In this document: piece by piece, positions 36,950-51,959 of the stretch
How the letters are laid out: every line of letters starts with the position of its first letter
Numbering within the stretch: position 1 is the stretch's first letter
Made by a program: the position numbers and the translations under genes
Notes under the pieces: model-generated
Database searches by the model: none
Seen by the model: the letters and a program-made list of their open reading frames with translations, nothing else
What the model was told of the DNA's origin: nothing
Assembly (NCBI GenBank): GCA_050084985.1
Contig: JBITNC010000001.1
Location: 72,478,001 to 72,542,000, forward strand
Length of the DNA stretch: 64,000 nt
Direction of reading: 5' to 3'
From: Nageia nagi
Taxonomy: Eukaryota; Plantae; Pinophyta

Positions 36950-39300
36950 GATTTTAGTATCTACAATACTCCACCCTTATATGATCATGCTTATGTTACT
37001 CTTGCCCTTATGCTTACCACATAGCCCTATGGAAAACCACCCTTTAGTCCTTCCCTTATATCACCATCATTCCATTCCCTCACTCTCATTATGGCCATTC
37101 CCCTCATAACTCATGGTTTGATAATGAATGCAAGACCCTCCATAAACTTATGAAAAGATTGAAAATAATTAACATGTTGAAAATGCTAGAATCTTTTGGC
37201 ATCTCTTTCTCCCTAGGTCTTGTGTGTGCTCTATCACTAGCTTGCATGATTGGTTCACTTATGTCTCTACTTTATATATCCTCCCAAATCAACCTTCTAT
37301 TTTCTTCAACCCTTGATATCATCGCTACTATTTCTTCATTGATAATATAGTCTTGCAAGTTATCTATAAACTCCAAACTCAAAAAATTGTTGACCTTGAA
37401 AACCTAACTGTTGAATCCTCAAGCATAGTTAATTATAGATGTTCATACTGCTAAAATATTTAGCTATGTCTCTTCTCAAGGGTTTCCCTCTTCTTATACC
37501 TTCAATATCATCTATCCCATTTACAAATTTGGTAATCCCTTATATCCTAGTAACTACAAAATATTTATAGTTGACCACCCTTAGAAAAAGTCTTTGTGAC
37601 AACTCTTAATGATGACATACCTAGTTTTTTTGAAACACATAATCTTTGTGCACTTTCTCAAGTTAGATTTCGTAGACACTATCATATCATTGATCACATC
37701 TTCACATTATGGGCAATCATTAAAGACGTTTGAACCTAGAAAAAAGGTTTATTTCTATTTTGTTGACTTTTGCAAAGCCTTTGATATTATCCCTAAAAAT
37801 ATTCTATTTCAAAGACTTGGGGATATAAGGATCCTTGGAGATATCATATCCCTTGTCATGACATTATATGAATAATAATTTGGGCAAGTTCAAGTTGGTT
37901 TTCACTTATATGATATTGTCTATAACATTATTAGAATTAAACAAGTTTGGCTGCTCTCACCTACCCTATTTTGGCTCTATTTTGATGAACTTAGGAATCT
38001 CACCTCTAATAGCTTGGGCCCAATTTTGGGTTATTTATTGTATGGTTTCAATATCTTCATTCTTCTCTTTGAATATGACATTATTTTACTATCTCATACA
38101 ACAACTAGGCTTCAACATGAGGTTCACACTTTGAGTACATTTTGTGATACACATGATCTTGAAGTTAATCTTAAAAAGATAAAAGTGTTATCCTTTATTA
38201 AGTCAAGAATATATGCTTCCAAAATCCACCTTACTTTATTAGGTTAACATTTCAAGATAGTCACCTCATACCCTTATTTTGGTGTTAATCTTTTCATAGA
38301 TCCTACTTTCTTATTGATCCCAGCTTCTTAGAATAGGTAGAACAAAGGCTATGGTGCAACTATCTCTTTAGGCAAATAATGTATTTAAATTCAATTTTAG
38401 GATGTCACAACCAAAATTGAACTCTTTCATGTGCTTTTATCCAACTTTTGTTTATTGATAGGAGGTTTGGATACTTGGTTTGAGACACTCTAGTTGGGAC
38501 TGTATTGAGATATTTTTTTGTCATTCTAGCTTAATTTCGTGTATTTCCCCTATTGAATCTTCCAATATTTCATATCATTAGGCATTTAATATAATCAATC
38601 ATATTATATCAACAAATCCTGACTCCAAGAGATACCCTCTATCAACTCTTAAATTCTTAATGCAACTTGTAAATAAAGATATTCATTAATGTTGGTATTT
38701 AGAGACCACTTCTATCCTATTAACTAGAGGTCTAGATATTGAGTGACTTCCTCCTTCTTGGATATTAGACAAGACCTTTAACCATTCTACTAGGAGTATA
38801 AACAAAAGGATTAGGAAGGAAATACAATCAACTTAATTGAGGATATCTTAGATCGAATAAAAAAAATCACTCTCACTAAAGCTCTTACATGATAGTTAGG
38901 TTTATATGAGATTGGATAATGATGTTATTACCATTATTGATTACATCAAACTAAATGTATCACATTGTCTTACATTCCCTCTTGGTTAGATAAGATTTTA
39001 CTTACATCACCTTCATATTGAGATATCCCACCATATCCCTAGAGACCAACATACATGCAGGTTATGCAATATGCAACTAGAATTTGAAAAACATTTTATA
39101 TTCATTTTCCCATATAGTATGAAATTCAAGGTCAATACCATTTCTTATTCAAAAGTTCCCATACTTTGAAGTTATGGATGAATTACAAAGATAAAAAAAT
39201 CATCATGCTCTATATTTGAGAAGCCACCCACCTCTGACAATGGTTAATTGTCATAAGATCCTACAGTATAATTAGTGCTAGACTTATCACATCTTTTATT
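36950..39300 (+). mobile_element. Decayed LINE (RTE/L2-like) reverse transcriptase and C-terminus
   Basis: FVDFCKAFDIIPKNILFQRL; LSPTLF; ILLFEYDIILLSH…LQ…FC…LEVNLKKIKVL (YADD region degenerate); CRLC…E…HF near 39060. Confidence 0.8.
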
Positions 39301-40619
39301 CAACTATATGAAGCTATGAATTAGAAGTGTAACATGATCCTTGAAGACTTTGGAAGGACTAATTGTCAAACCATTATAACTAATTAACCCACTAGGGTCA
39401 CTCTCTCTTATTGCAACACTATGAGCTTCTTTTTGACCTTGAATGCTAGGGAATCCCTTTGACTCTCCTGATGTAGACTTTTATTACTTCAATCAAACAT
39501 GTAGGATTTGATACTTTGAAGACCCACTGCTACTTCCATCTTTGTCTACTTATCACTCTTACACTTTGAAGTCACTTTATGTGCTTCCTTTCTCTTTGTA
39601 TATGCACTCTTCTATAGTCCCCTTGACCATTTTTTTAATCACACATGGAAATTAATATCAACTTTTAAATTTATCATTTTATTCATATTTTTATGTAGGA
39701 TGATGATTATTATCTTGTTTTTATCTTTGGCCTACATTGTCTTATCTATAATATTGAGTGGATAATATTTAATGGAAATAAAACTTATCACAAAATTCCC
39801 TTGCATATTTGTTCTTGAAATTAAGATCATTCCTTTTGATAATTATAAAAGGTAAAGTGAGTCTAGACATATTATGAGATAAATAAATTAGAAATATCAT
39901 TACTTGTGGTAGAGTCAAGTGGCATTGACTAAACCAATTAGTATCTAATTTAAGGGGTAGACGAAATTACCAATCCCCACCCTGACATTAGGGGGATAAA
40001 AGAAAAAAATTATTGATTTGGGGTATTGAATATCGGGAAAGTATCATATAGTTGTAATGATGAACTTGTAGTGATGAAAAATGTGCTTCTTGATCATACT
40101 TTGTATTTAACATATTGATAAAGTATTTAACCTTTTAGACACAATTCTTGTATTAATGGAGTAAATTAAGGACTTATTTACTATTTAACGGGAGTGTTCT
40201 TTTCCATTTACTATTTTTCAATGGTTTTTAGTCTATATTTTTTGCTCTTGTTCTTGGTTCTTATAAATTGTAATTATTTTTATGTAAGATATAGTTTTGT
40301 CAAATAATCCAACAATGTTGGATAAAGAAATTTTACAAATTTATAAAAATATATAGAAATTAAATAAGTAGAAACTCCCTTTTATATTGTAATAGTTTCA
40401 TCCTTTGTGTTTTAATCTTTTTACTCATATTTAATAAAGGAATATATATATATATATATTTTATAAAATATTCAATAAATTAAAGGAAGGAACAATATAA
40501 ATGAATGAATAATCTTTTTTATCATCCTTCAAACCCTAAATATATGTATGTATGTATGTACATACATATATACATACACATACATACATATATAGATACA
40601 TACAATTATAATAGCTCCC

Positions 40620-41560
40620 TAGATACAATAGAGTAAATATGTTTTCTTCTAAGTGTGCACTTTGACATCCTTAGAGCTTCACCTTATCCATTGATTTTCC
40701 CCTAGATAATACTATCATTTTTTCCCACAATAGCATAGAGGTTGACTTCTAGATAGATGCATTTACTTTCAATGATTATCCACTACAAGTTGATCTTTTG
40801 TGAGTGGATATATTTGGTTTTTTGCACATAATTATAACATTGTAAGGCATTCTCTCTAGGATCTTTTCAACTCATTTTGCCTAATCGACGACTAGAAGGA
40901 GTGCGTAGTAGCATCCAGATGATTGAAGAACCTTGGATCATTCAATGTATTTCATGTGTATCTTTTCAAATAATTCATGGACCCTTTCAACATATCCATT
41001 TTGTGCATATCTTATGATCATTGCATTCCATGAAATTATGTTTGCATCATGCATCTTGATAGAGAAAATGAGTTAGCCCTTTCAAAAGAATTTTCCTAAA
41101 ATCTAATTCAAGGTTTTCCCTCCAATGCAAAAATATTATACAATCTTCTATATAATTCCTTAGGGATAAAACCTTCCTTACTGATATCAATTTCTTAGTG
41201 CTGATAATATACTCGTAAAACAAGCTCACTAGGATCCCAATGGAATATCTTGCCTGTTTCACTAACAAAGTCAACTTCTTCAAGGTATTCGATACCAAAA
41301 ATCCTAAGCTCCTACAAATATGTACAAGGAGGGATTTATCAACATCAAACTTAGGGAACACTCATCAAATTTAAGCTTCTAGAGAATTTATTTGTTGATT
41401 TGGTGGTTGGAGAGTTGAGATTCTAGGATTAGGCGACCATGAAGTTGGTAGAGATGGTGGTCTTGGCCAATTTGGTGGACCAATAGTGGCAGTTGATTTA
41501 TCTAGTGAAATAGTTGCAACATAGAGCATGGAAGAAGTTGATGAAGGTGTGGAGAAGGAA
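40620..41560 (-). mobile_element. Possible LINE 5' fragment (ORF1 and endonuclease remnant)
   Basis: Degenerate minus-strand ORF 41047-41361 with an upstream Pro/Ser-rich segment; weak resemblance only. Confidence 0.3.
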
Positions 41561-44559
41561 TAAGAAGGTTAAGGGGTTTATTATCGATCATGTAAAGGGT
41601 GCTTATGTGATGGTAATTTTAGGGTTTATGGCTTTTATTTTGAGGAGTTTTCTCAAGACTAAGAGGATTTTTGATCGTTTTATGATTGATTAAATTAAAC
41701 TTAAGAAAATGAACTTTGTGGTGAAGTTAATTTACTCATGGCATTGAAGAGTACTCTATGTTTCATGCAACACCCTTTCAACATATTCATTTTGTGCAAT
41801 ACATCTCTCTTCAAAACTTCAAATTGAAACCTACTTTTCAATCTAATGTTAAAAGGCTAAGGGAAATTTATATGGCTATGGAATCAATAGGTTCTATGGG
41901 TGAAAAGGTTGTAGAAGGCATTGAAGGACCTTGATTTGGGAAATCATAAGGATTTAGTTTTTCTTGAATATAATGAGTATATAAGAGCATTTAAGTAATT
42001 GTATTTTACTATTATTGGAAAATATTTTTCGTTAGCTTACTTCTTTTAATAGATATCAACAACCAAGTCTAAATTCCCTGATATGGTGTTAACATTCTTA
42101 TTTGCAAGTTACAACTCTCAACTTTCATGCTACTATTTTCCTCCAAAATAAGATTTGTAGTAATGAGGTGGATCAAAAGTTCCATGCTAAATTTTCCCAC
42201 ATTATTCTTAATAAATTCCAACACTATATAAGTAATTATATTTATATTCTCATTTGGATCTCTACTAGAGTTTTTTTCTTTACAACGAACATGTTATGGA
42301 TAGTTTATATTGTACTTAGATCGTTGTTAAAGTGCAAAAGGGTCTTTTGCATGAGCTTTATCTGTTCTAGTTCTATGATTTATTTTAGATATCTTAAGTG
42401 ATATGTAAAGAAAATGGGTGGAAACTAGAAACATATTTGACCTCAACTTGTGTTGTTTTGTAAGCTTAGAATATCCTTAACATTTGAAATATTCTATTTG
42501 TTAAAATCTTAGACATAATTTTTTATATAAATAAAATGGATAGCTTACATTATTTTCTTGGTGACTAATCATGAAGTTAGAGACATAGTTTAGGAACTAT
42601 CTATTGGTATAGAATTTCAAGTTCTAACTACCAACAATTTCTTTATTATTATCAACCATTATGGAATTTTGTGAGAACTCTTGTCCACTATGACCAAACA
42701 TACAATTTTTTTTTGTATAAATTATTTTGAAAATACATAAAAGATCATATATAAAATTTTCAAGAAAACATAAGATAATTATAAACTTTCATGACAAATT
42801 TGGATCCTAGTGAATGCTAATGTTAATATGGGTTGAAGTATTCTGATCTTGACTATCATTTCATTTTGTGCATATTTTTGTTCTTTTTCTTTAAATTTAG
42901 GGAGTACGAAATATTTTTCTTTAGTTTTATAAGATGATAAAAGTTTATTCAACAAGAATAAATTTTTAGGCTTCATTGTTATTGTCCCTTTGCAGCCAAA
43001 GCAAAGTTGAAATGTGATGAGCTATTCTAGGGTCACTCCTCAAACATGCCCTAGGAGAGGGATGTTTGGCTTTTAGCTTTGAAATTACTCCAAACAAGCT
43101 CAATCATGCATAAAATATCAAATGACTTGCTATGAAAGGAAAATATGAATTTTAACTTGCAAAAATACCTCCAAAAACCAATGTTTAGCTATGATGAGCA
43201 AATATAAAAATAACACAAGCAAATGCCTCTAGAATTCCAATGACTCAATCAGGGAGCAAAACCAAAAAGCAAACAATGCAAACACCACTCCAGATCCAAC
43301 ATCCAAGCACAAGAAGATAAATTTCAAGATATTGATAGCAAAATGTAATTGTATTGATTACATAATGATGGAAGTGCAAATACAAATATTTATGTCTACC
43401 TAAGGAGCTTTCACCAAGACTTCCTCTAATAGGCTTATATCAGATGGAACCAAGGCATCACCAATCCTAAAAGTGGTGAGGTGCAAACTATGTATTCTTT
43501 GCAAAAACTATAATGGAACCAACAATGTTCCTCTCAAGATGGCTTGAATAAGTTAAGGTTAGCCTTCTCTCATCTCAATACCTCAAATGTAGGTTTCCCT
43601 ACAAGTGGCAAAGATAGAGCTTCAAGTCAATTCAAAAATGGGTTTAATAATAATAATCATCATATCTCATAATGACTACAAGTCCTTCTTTTATTGGCAA
43701 GGGTGATCATGTTCTAATCTCACATTGAGATGATCCAATAATGAAGTGATGTGATTTGTGTGCTCATGTATGCAACATACAAGATGAGGATCCTTGGGAT
43801 GGATGAAATCACATCTAAGGGTTAGGAATGCCAACATATAAGAGGGGGTGATGTTGAAGTGCCTTGTGATTACTACCATAGGTCCAAGTACCAAGAAGGG
43901 CCAACATGGGATCTTAGGATGCTCACATGCCTAATGTCAATGCTAGGAAGCTGTCCACTTATCTTGAGATTACCAATGTCTAGTTTGAACACACCTAACC
44001 TTAGAGCTCCAAATGACCTCATAGTTAGTGCAATAACCTAAGTGGATGCTCTACCTTGAAGAGGGGAGCACTAATGACTAGAGATGCTTTAAATGCCAAT
44101 ATTACAATCATCAAGGCTAAAATATACAACACCTTATGTAAGGAGACTGATATTGTATTTATAAATATAATTACCTTGGTATTACAAATACATTATTATT
44201 GGAATTTAGTAAATAACTAAATACAAAACTTAAATAAATAAAAGGGTTATTTATTCCATAATTAGAGCTTTGCTAAGTATCTAAGTGGAATTTACATCAT
44301 TTTAGCCAATTTCTATCAAATTATACCAAATCGTACCTAAATTAATATTCCCATTTATCAAAGGTGAAATGGGGATAACATTTTAAAAAATGGACATTAC
44401 AAGTCTGCCCTCCTCAAATTACTTATCCCCAAGCAATTAGAAAAATCCACTCCTGCAGTAGAGTCTTCTTAGTTGATCCAAGAATTCACAAACTCTAGCT
44501 TCTTTTTTGGTGTAGCGCTCATGTGTTATCCATGCCCAAGCTGAATAAATTTGATGATG

Positions 44560-45128
44560 ATCTTTTCCCCTTTGAAAAAGAAGCTCATATCATATAATTG
44601 AAAATTAGTTTTAATGTTGCCTTAGGGATACATCCATTGAACTCTAAGTGTTACCTCTTATGAGTTATCTTGGGGGAGGACATAAAATTCTTCCTCAAGG
44701 ACATAGTTCCCTATATTGATATCAAGTCTTATTGATCGATCATATAATGTATAGTACTCATTAGCATTGGAGACATAGAATTCATTTATCATCTTCATTG
44801 GGAGGTTATTTCTTACTACAAACCATAGGTTAATAAAGCTTTGGGTGACTCCATTATCAACCAAAATGGAAACTTCCTCTCCTATTATCACTCCTCCAAT
44901 TCTAATAGAATAATAGTGTGGAACCAAGTGACCTACCATCATCCTTACATCTGAAATGATCCTTGAATAAGGATGACCTTTCTTTAATGGAGGGTGATGT
45001 TGTGGTGTCCTATTTTCATTATGTGCAATTAATTTCTTTTGAGAGTATACATGTACCTGTTCCCTTTGATAATTAGGATATGCCTCTCTTAGTGGTTTCA
45101 CATCCAATACTTCTTCTCCCTTAGTCAC
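44560..45128 (-). pseudogene. Gypsy aspartic protease remnant
   Basis: SIRIGGVIIGEEVSILVDNGVTQSFIN…INIGNYVLEEEFYVLP…LRVQW; no RT follows before the PPT. Confidence 0.8.
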
Positions 45129-48100
45129 CTTAATGAATTATCAAACACTTAATGCTTCCCTAACATCTTTTGATAGGTTGAATAAACCTAAAATAACTTA
45201 CATAAGGATGAGGGAGAACTTCTTGACTATTTGTTACCTCCTTCTCCTTTCCATGTTTATATCCTTTTTGATGAATCTTCCCTTTCTTTTCAATCTTCAC
45301 TATAGATGCTCTCTCAATATGAAAAATCATCATCTTGGCCCTCACAATGGTGATGTGATGACCACAACTCCTTACAATAACAACAAACCTTGTAGTGTCC
45401 TAGGAGTTTTTGAAGAAAAGCTTACCTATTGTTCATACCTAATATACCATGGTAATGCTCATGTGCTAATGATTTGAGGAAAATCCTGCATCTAGATTTT
45501 GGCCTCAAATGTTTTTGAACTATGACCACAAAAAGTGGACATCTTCCATCTAGTGGAAGAATGGTGATGAGAGATCCTTAAAACTCAAAATTGAGCCTTT
45601 CAAAAGACCAAAAACTTATTCTCAGGTGATGTTCTCTTTCCAAGCTTCCCAATGAACTTGTATAAAGTAATCAATAGGTCCTCAAGCTTCCTTAGTGTCC
45701 AACATCCAACTTCCTTATTTAGAATTTGAAAATCTACTCTTAAATTTGGTGTATCCTTTTGGTAACTCAACATTTGGCTTTATAGGGCTAGAGGATGATT
45801 TAAAATTGCATTTTTACACCAACATTATACTTTAGCTTCAAAATTCAAATTTTTGAGCACAATAAAATATAAAATTCAAAAATAGCACCTTATCACTCTT
45901 ATTGTATTTTGTTTGTCAAAATAAATAAATTAAATTTCGTATAACTCCTAAAAATAATAATTTATTTTTTCCTAATGATAAAATAAAAATATTTTGTATT
46001 TTCCAAATCTTTTTCTTCCCTTATTATTCATAAAAATAAAATGAAATATTTTTGTCTTTTTCTCCTTATTTATCCTCAAAAATAATTAAAACATGAAATA
46101 CTTAAACTACTCAAACCTATAATTTCTATCCTGCCATGGTGGAATGAGATAATAAATCTTGAACTTATGGGTTATAGGCCTAAAAAATAAAAACTGAATT
46201 GGGTTATGTCCTCTTGGAGCTCAATGTTCACACACACAAGCTAGAATAGTGCAAAGTCAATTCTAAATTTTGAAATTTGGCCAAGATACTAATCATCCCA
46301 ACTTAAATGGATGATTTTTTGTAGGTCATAACAAATAGAGCCTCTTATACTCCTTACATTTAACTTTTGGCTCTAGAAAATAGAAAAAATATCCCAACAT
46401 CTTGTTCCCAAGTTTCCATGATGCAAATACCATAATAAAATTTAGTTAATAATAGTAATCAACTCTTTCTCCTCAACATCCTCCTTGTAGTGACTTGCAA
46501 GTTCAAATTTGTTAGAAAATAATGGTTAGTATGTCTAATCTCCTTGCAAAATTTTCAATTCTTGCCTTCCATGATAAAAATTAGTAAATTCTTGCAAGAA
46601 ATATCACTTATGATGTGATCCCAACACATAATTGGCCTCAAGAAGCCAATGTCTCACTTTAGGTGCTCCTAAAATGCAACAAAAGTTTAAAAAAATCCTC
46701 TAATAGCTCAATGTCTATTCTCTAATGAACATAAAATGAAGAAAAGTATTCAAAAATCCTTCAAACCTTTAATGTTTGGCTCAAAATGAGCTTATAATAC
46801 CAAACTAATTTCAAAACAATCCTTAATATGCCATATTTGCCTAAGAATGATCCCAAAATGCAGTTTGCACCTCAAACTCTTCCTCGATATGCTAACCTTC
46901 ACTTTAGGATAGATCCAAAATGTAGATCAAGCTTCAAATTAAATACCCTTAAACTACTAATATATGGCTTAAGGGGACCTTAAAATGAGAGTTGATCCTC
47001 TGAAATAGCTTTAGCATGCCAACGTTTGGCCTAGAATAGTCTTGAAAAGTAGAATAAACCTTGGAACTCCTCTAAAATACCAATTTCCACCTATAAATGG
47101 TACCAAAATGCAATCAAGGTCTCAAAATTCTCCTAATTAGATAATGTTCTCCTCAAGTAGGCCTCAAAATGATGAACAAGATACCAAAATACCCTAAAAA
47201 ATGCAACATATGGCTTTAGGTGGGCCTAGAATGCAAATCAAATCATATAAATGCCCTCATAAATGCAATGTACTCCTTATAAAGACATCAAAATTCTAAA
47301 TTAGCTTCAAAATGGCTCCCAAAAAAAATATTCAGCTTTAGGTTGGCCTAAAATACCAACATCTAGCTCTAGATGAGCTCATAATTAGCAAACAAACCCT
47401 TATTCCTCCTCCAAACTCAGATTTATCGAGAATGGAATTCAAAGTTGAAATCAAAGATGTAAATTTTTTGAAAGTGTACCTTTTCAAGCTGGAAAAACCT
47501 CCTTAATTCCTCAAAATTTGAAATTAGGACCATAAAATTCCCAATGACTTGCTAGAACGGTGAGATTCAACTTCTAGATCTCTAACGTTTCACTCCAAAC
47601 ATCTAGATCCACCAAGAACTCCTTTGAAATGACCAATATGATGCTAGGTCAATTTTACAATTATGTAAGCTTCTTCTCTTCAACATGATAATAATATTTA
47701 TCAGCAACTACCAATGTGAGCATGTAATGACCAACCTCAAGATACTATTTGACCTCAAGTATCATCAAGGATTTGAATGAATTATGTTTGAATAATGCTA
47801 TGGTAATGACAAGTTTGATAAGAAAATATGTGTCATTTGTGATAATTTGATGCTATATTAGAGATGTTTTGACATAGGTCACCTCGAGATGGAGAAGCGA
47901 TCCAAAGACCCTAAGGACCAAAGGTGAATTGGTCACGAGAATGGAAGGGAAATGATTGGTGTTGAATCACTGACACACCCTATGACCATCGTAAATCATA
48001 TATTTGCATGTAGAATAATGGCTATGACTATCAATTTCTTGATGAAATTGTGTTTTCCAATGTGTGTGGATTAATCTTGCCTCATAGGACGAGGCAAGCA

Positions 48101-51100
48101 TCAGAGTTAAAGGTGTGTTTCCATTGTTTTGTATTTTTTATTTTCAAATTTGAAATGGAAGAAAAAAGGAATATATCTTATTTAAATATAAAAATTTGTA
48201 TAAGGTTAGAAAAGTAAATTTAGTTAAAAATAATTTAATTAAAATGAGTGCTTATACTATTGCCATATGGGGTTAATAGTAAAAATACTATTAAAAAAAG
48301 ACTAAGGTCACTTTCTGGTGTTATAAGATATTTAATGGGTAGGAAACTAATGGAGTAATTACACTATTTAGTTTTATTTTCTTGTGTTAGGTATAGATAA
48401 TAATTGGGCATTATTTGTCAGTTAATGAAAATGTTACCAAGGTATTTAATACTATTTCAATCATCAACAACTTTAAGCAAACCTACCCCAAAAATTATTA
48501 AAGGTGTGAGGAGATGTCCATTTGGAAACACTTGGACCTCCTTGGTTATAAATAAAGGGGTGGAATCTTAAGGAAAATGCCTACCCATATATGTTTTATT
48601 ATTTCATTCTTATTATTTCAAGCTTGATGTAGATTTGCATAAAGAAAAGAAGTCTCTCTTCCCTTTTCAAGTCAAGGTGCATTCCTTTACATTATTTTTG
48701 CCTAATTAAAGTATTTCTAGTTTGAGGTATTTAATGAGTTGTATGAAAATAAATAAGTGTGATTTTCTTTTTTTATTCTTCCATATATTGGATGTAGGAG
48801 TGGAAAATTTTATATACAAATTGTATTATGTATTTTATGATATTTTAAGGAGACTAGTCAAATATTTCTCCTCATGCCTTTAGCTAGAGTTTAATAAATT
48901 TATTTTGACATAATTTTATTAAAGTCCTAATATGATGTTTATCATAATATTTGAAAACATTTCATAGAACTCATTGTTGTACCATTTGAAGAGACATAGT
49001 GGTTATTTTATTTATTCTTTAAAAAGTGGAGTAGTGGGATTTTCTTTTGTTATTCTCCCTTTACTTAGATGTAGGAGTGGAAAATTTCACGTACAAATTG
49101 TATTATGTATTTTATGATATTTTAAGGAGACTAGTCAAATATTTCTTTTTATACCTTTAACTAGAGTTTAATGAATTTATTTTAAAATAAATTGTATTAA
49201 AACTTAATATTATGTTTATCATTTTTGTAAAGAAATATTGTTAAATTCATGTAAAAGTGGAGAAAATGAATTACTAAAAAATATCTTTGCTTGTTATTAT
49301 CTAAGTTTGTCAATTAAACTAATTAGTATCTAATGGGTGATAAGTTATATTTAATATTTTTAATAAGTAATTCAAGAACTCTTTAGAATCTTGTATTAAA
49401 TAAATTATGGTTTTGAGATTATGATATTGGTTTAATGTTTAGTAAAATAATTCATATGGTACTAATTGTGTAAATTAATTATTAAGGTATCCAATACCTT
49501 ATTATAATTATTTAAGATTGATTAAGGTAAATAAATAATAGATTAATGTACATTGACGAAAGAAAGAAAGTAATTTCACTTAAGGTATATAGTTAAATTC
49601 ATTTGCATAATGGTCAAATTTTAAAAGGGTTTTCATGATCCTCCTCCCTCCTAGTACTCGATCCACCTACCAAGCTCCAAGGGGATGTTTGATGCTCATT
49701 GCATGAAGATCGATGGAGATGTTCAATAGTTGATACAATAGTCAAAACCATATGACATGAACAAATTTTAATTACAAACTATTGGATATGAAATAGTATG
49801 ATTTTACAAAAAGATTCCATATTGATTAAATAGGTTGTATTATATTTGAATTGCCTTTGTATAATGCATGATTTCTACTTGTAATAAATTATGGAAGCTT
49901 CAAAGTTTATGAAAGTAAATGTCATTCATACATTTTATACATGGATTATATTACGTATTAATTAATAAATCTTGTAGATTACTTTTTATTTATATGATTT
50001 TTAGAACAATATTATCATTGTGATTTAATGAGCTTTTTTTTTTAATTATGGTTATCAAATACTACAATTAGCATCTATTATATGTATCATTAGGGGTAGG
50101 AAATTACTATTTCTTTCATAAAAATGATTAATAGGTATTACAATTGATGAAGTAAATGATTTTAACAAAACTCCTAAAGAAGTAGATTGATTAGAAAATA
50201 ATCCTAAATTAGATTTAGGGTTCTAAAAAATAATTTAGGAGCATTTGGATATTTTAAGGACTCTTGGGATTAAATTGGGTATAAATGGGACCCAATGGAA
50301 ATAAATAGGTTTATTTAGGATCCTTTTGGATGGATGCAAGAAAATGATGGAGAACCTTCACCAAAACCTACCTTTCTAAATGACAAACAAAAGAAATATT
50401 CTTTGTATGAGGATCACTTAGCATCTACATTACTTTTGTAGCAATAGTGGCTAGACATTGCCTCACAATCTTACTGCTTTATGTATGCATAAGAACTTTT
50501 AAAAAGTAGATTCATATACATAATACAATGTGTATGGAATAAATAGAATTATGTGACTTCCTGAGCAAGCCTATAATTGAGACTTCCAAGGTATACCTCA
50601 TGAGCAAAGAATGGTGTTAAATCATAGAACTTGTATTGAGCATTTTGTCATGTACCCTCTTCATTATTTGGGAATATTAGTTTATGGTTAGTGGGTTATG
50701 GGTGGTTCTTTTTATGAATACATTTAATAATAAATTAGACTAAAAAACCATTCAAGGATATTATTTAATATCCATGGCTCCCCAAGTTATGGGTACGGAG
50801 ATGCTAAACCACATGGTGGGCCTAGTTGATAGTTATGGGTAGGCTAATGACTCATATCCTCTGATAGGTGAGTAAGATGGGGATAGCAAATAAAAAAAGT
50901 ACTATTATCAAGTGAGGGTAACTAGTAGTCATACCACTTGCAGTTAGCAGATAGAGATATATCGATTATTTCATAGGTGATTCTACCCTATCATATAGAA
51001 GTTTTTTTAGGAAAAACTATTTGCTCCTATGAGATGAAAAGTTATCATCAGGTGATGATGCTAACTTAGTGGAAGTGCGATCTCTCGGGTGGTATGGGTC

Positions 51101-51959
51101 TTGAGTAGAAAACCAATACGCTATGACCAAAAAGCCTATTACACATGGTACATGGAATAGGAATGGTGAGGTTACCTTTGAGGCATCTTTTTAATAGGGT
51201 GAGTGTTGAAGAGTGAACACCAAATTTTTTATCAGGATTGGTTACCCTAGGTTCTTAACCAATCTTACCATGTTAGTGTTGAACTAGCTAGCAACATTAT
51301 TAAACTCATGTGGGATCAACTAGTTCATTCCTAGAATATCGAATGTTAAAAAAATAGGTTTGAAATTTAGGTATTTGGTTGAAAGAAATAAGTGGGTGCA
51401 TTACATTGGTATCAGAGCATCATGTTCAAACCCTCAGGCCTATGGTCCATGACTCTTTTGCTTTAAAAGTTTAGGAAGTCTAGATTGAGTATGCATGAGC
51501 CTAATAACAATACCATTTGGTTGGATTATATTATGGCACTCCCAAGATGTGTAACTAGATATTCAAGCAAACTATGATAAGGTGTCAAAAATAGCCTTCC
51601 TATAAATGCCAATTTTAGTGCAAACCAAAGAAATTGTAGGGGCCTAAATGTAAATGTTAAGGTCTAAAATGCAAATGTTAAGGGGTGAAATGCTAGAAGA
51701 GGAATAATAAGGAATACCAATTGATAAGTTCTTACAAATAATACTAGAAGTTCTTCTAACCATTCTAATAAGAATAATGGAGGAGAAGAAGCCATCACGA
51801 TACTCCAAGAGTAGGTGATAGAGAAGCAAGAACTGATAAATAATATGCTGAGTCATAGAGTTGATCCTCCAAGATAAGAATCTGATCCAATCCTTCTAGC
51901 TCAAGTAAGATGGAGTGGATTGAACAACTAGATTTAGGTAAGGATTTAATAAGAACTTA

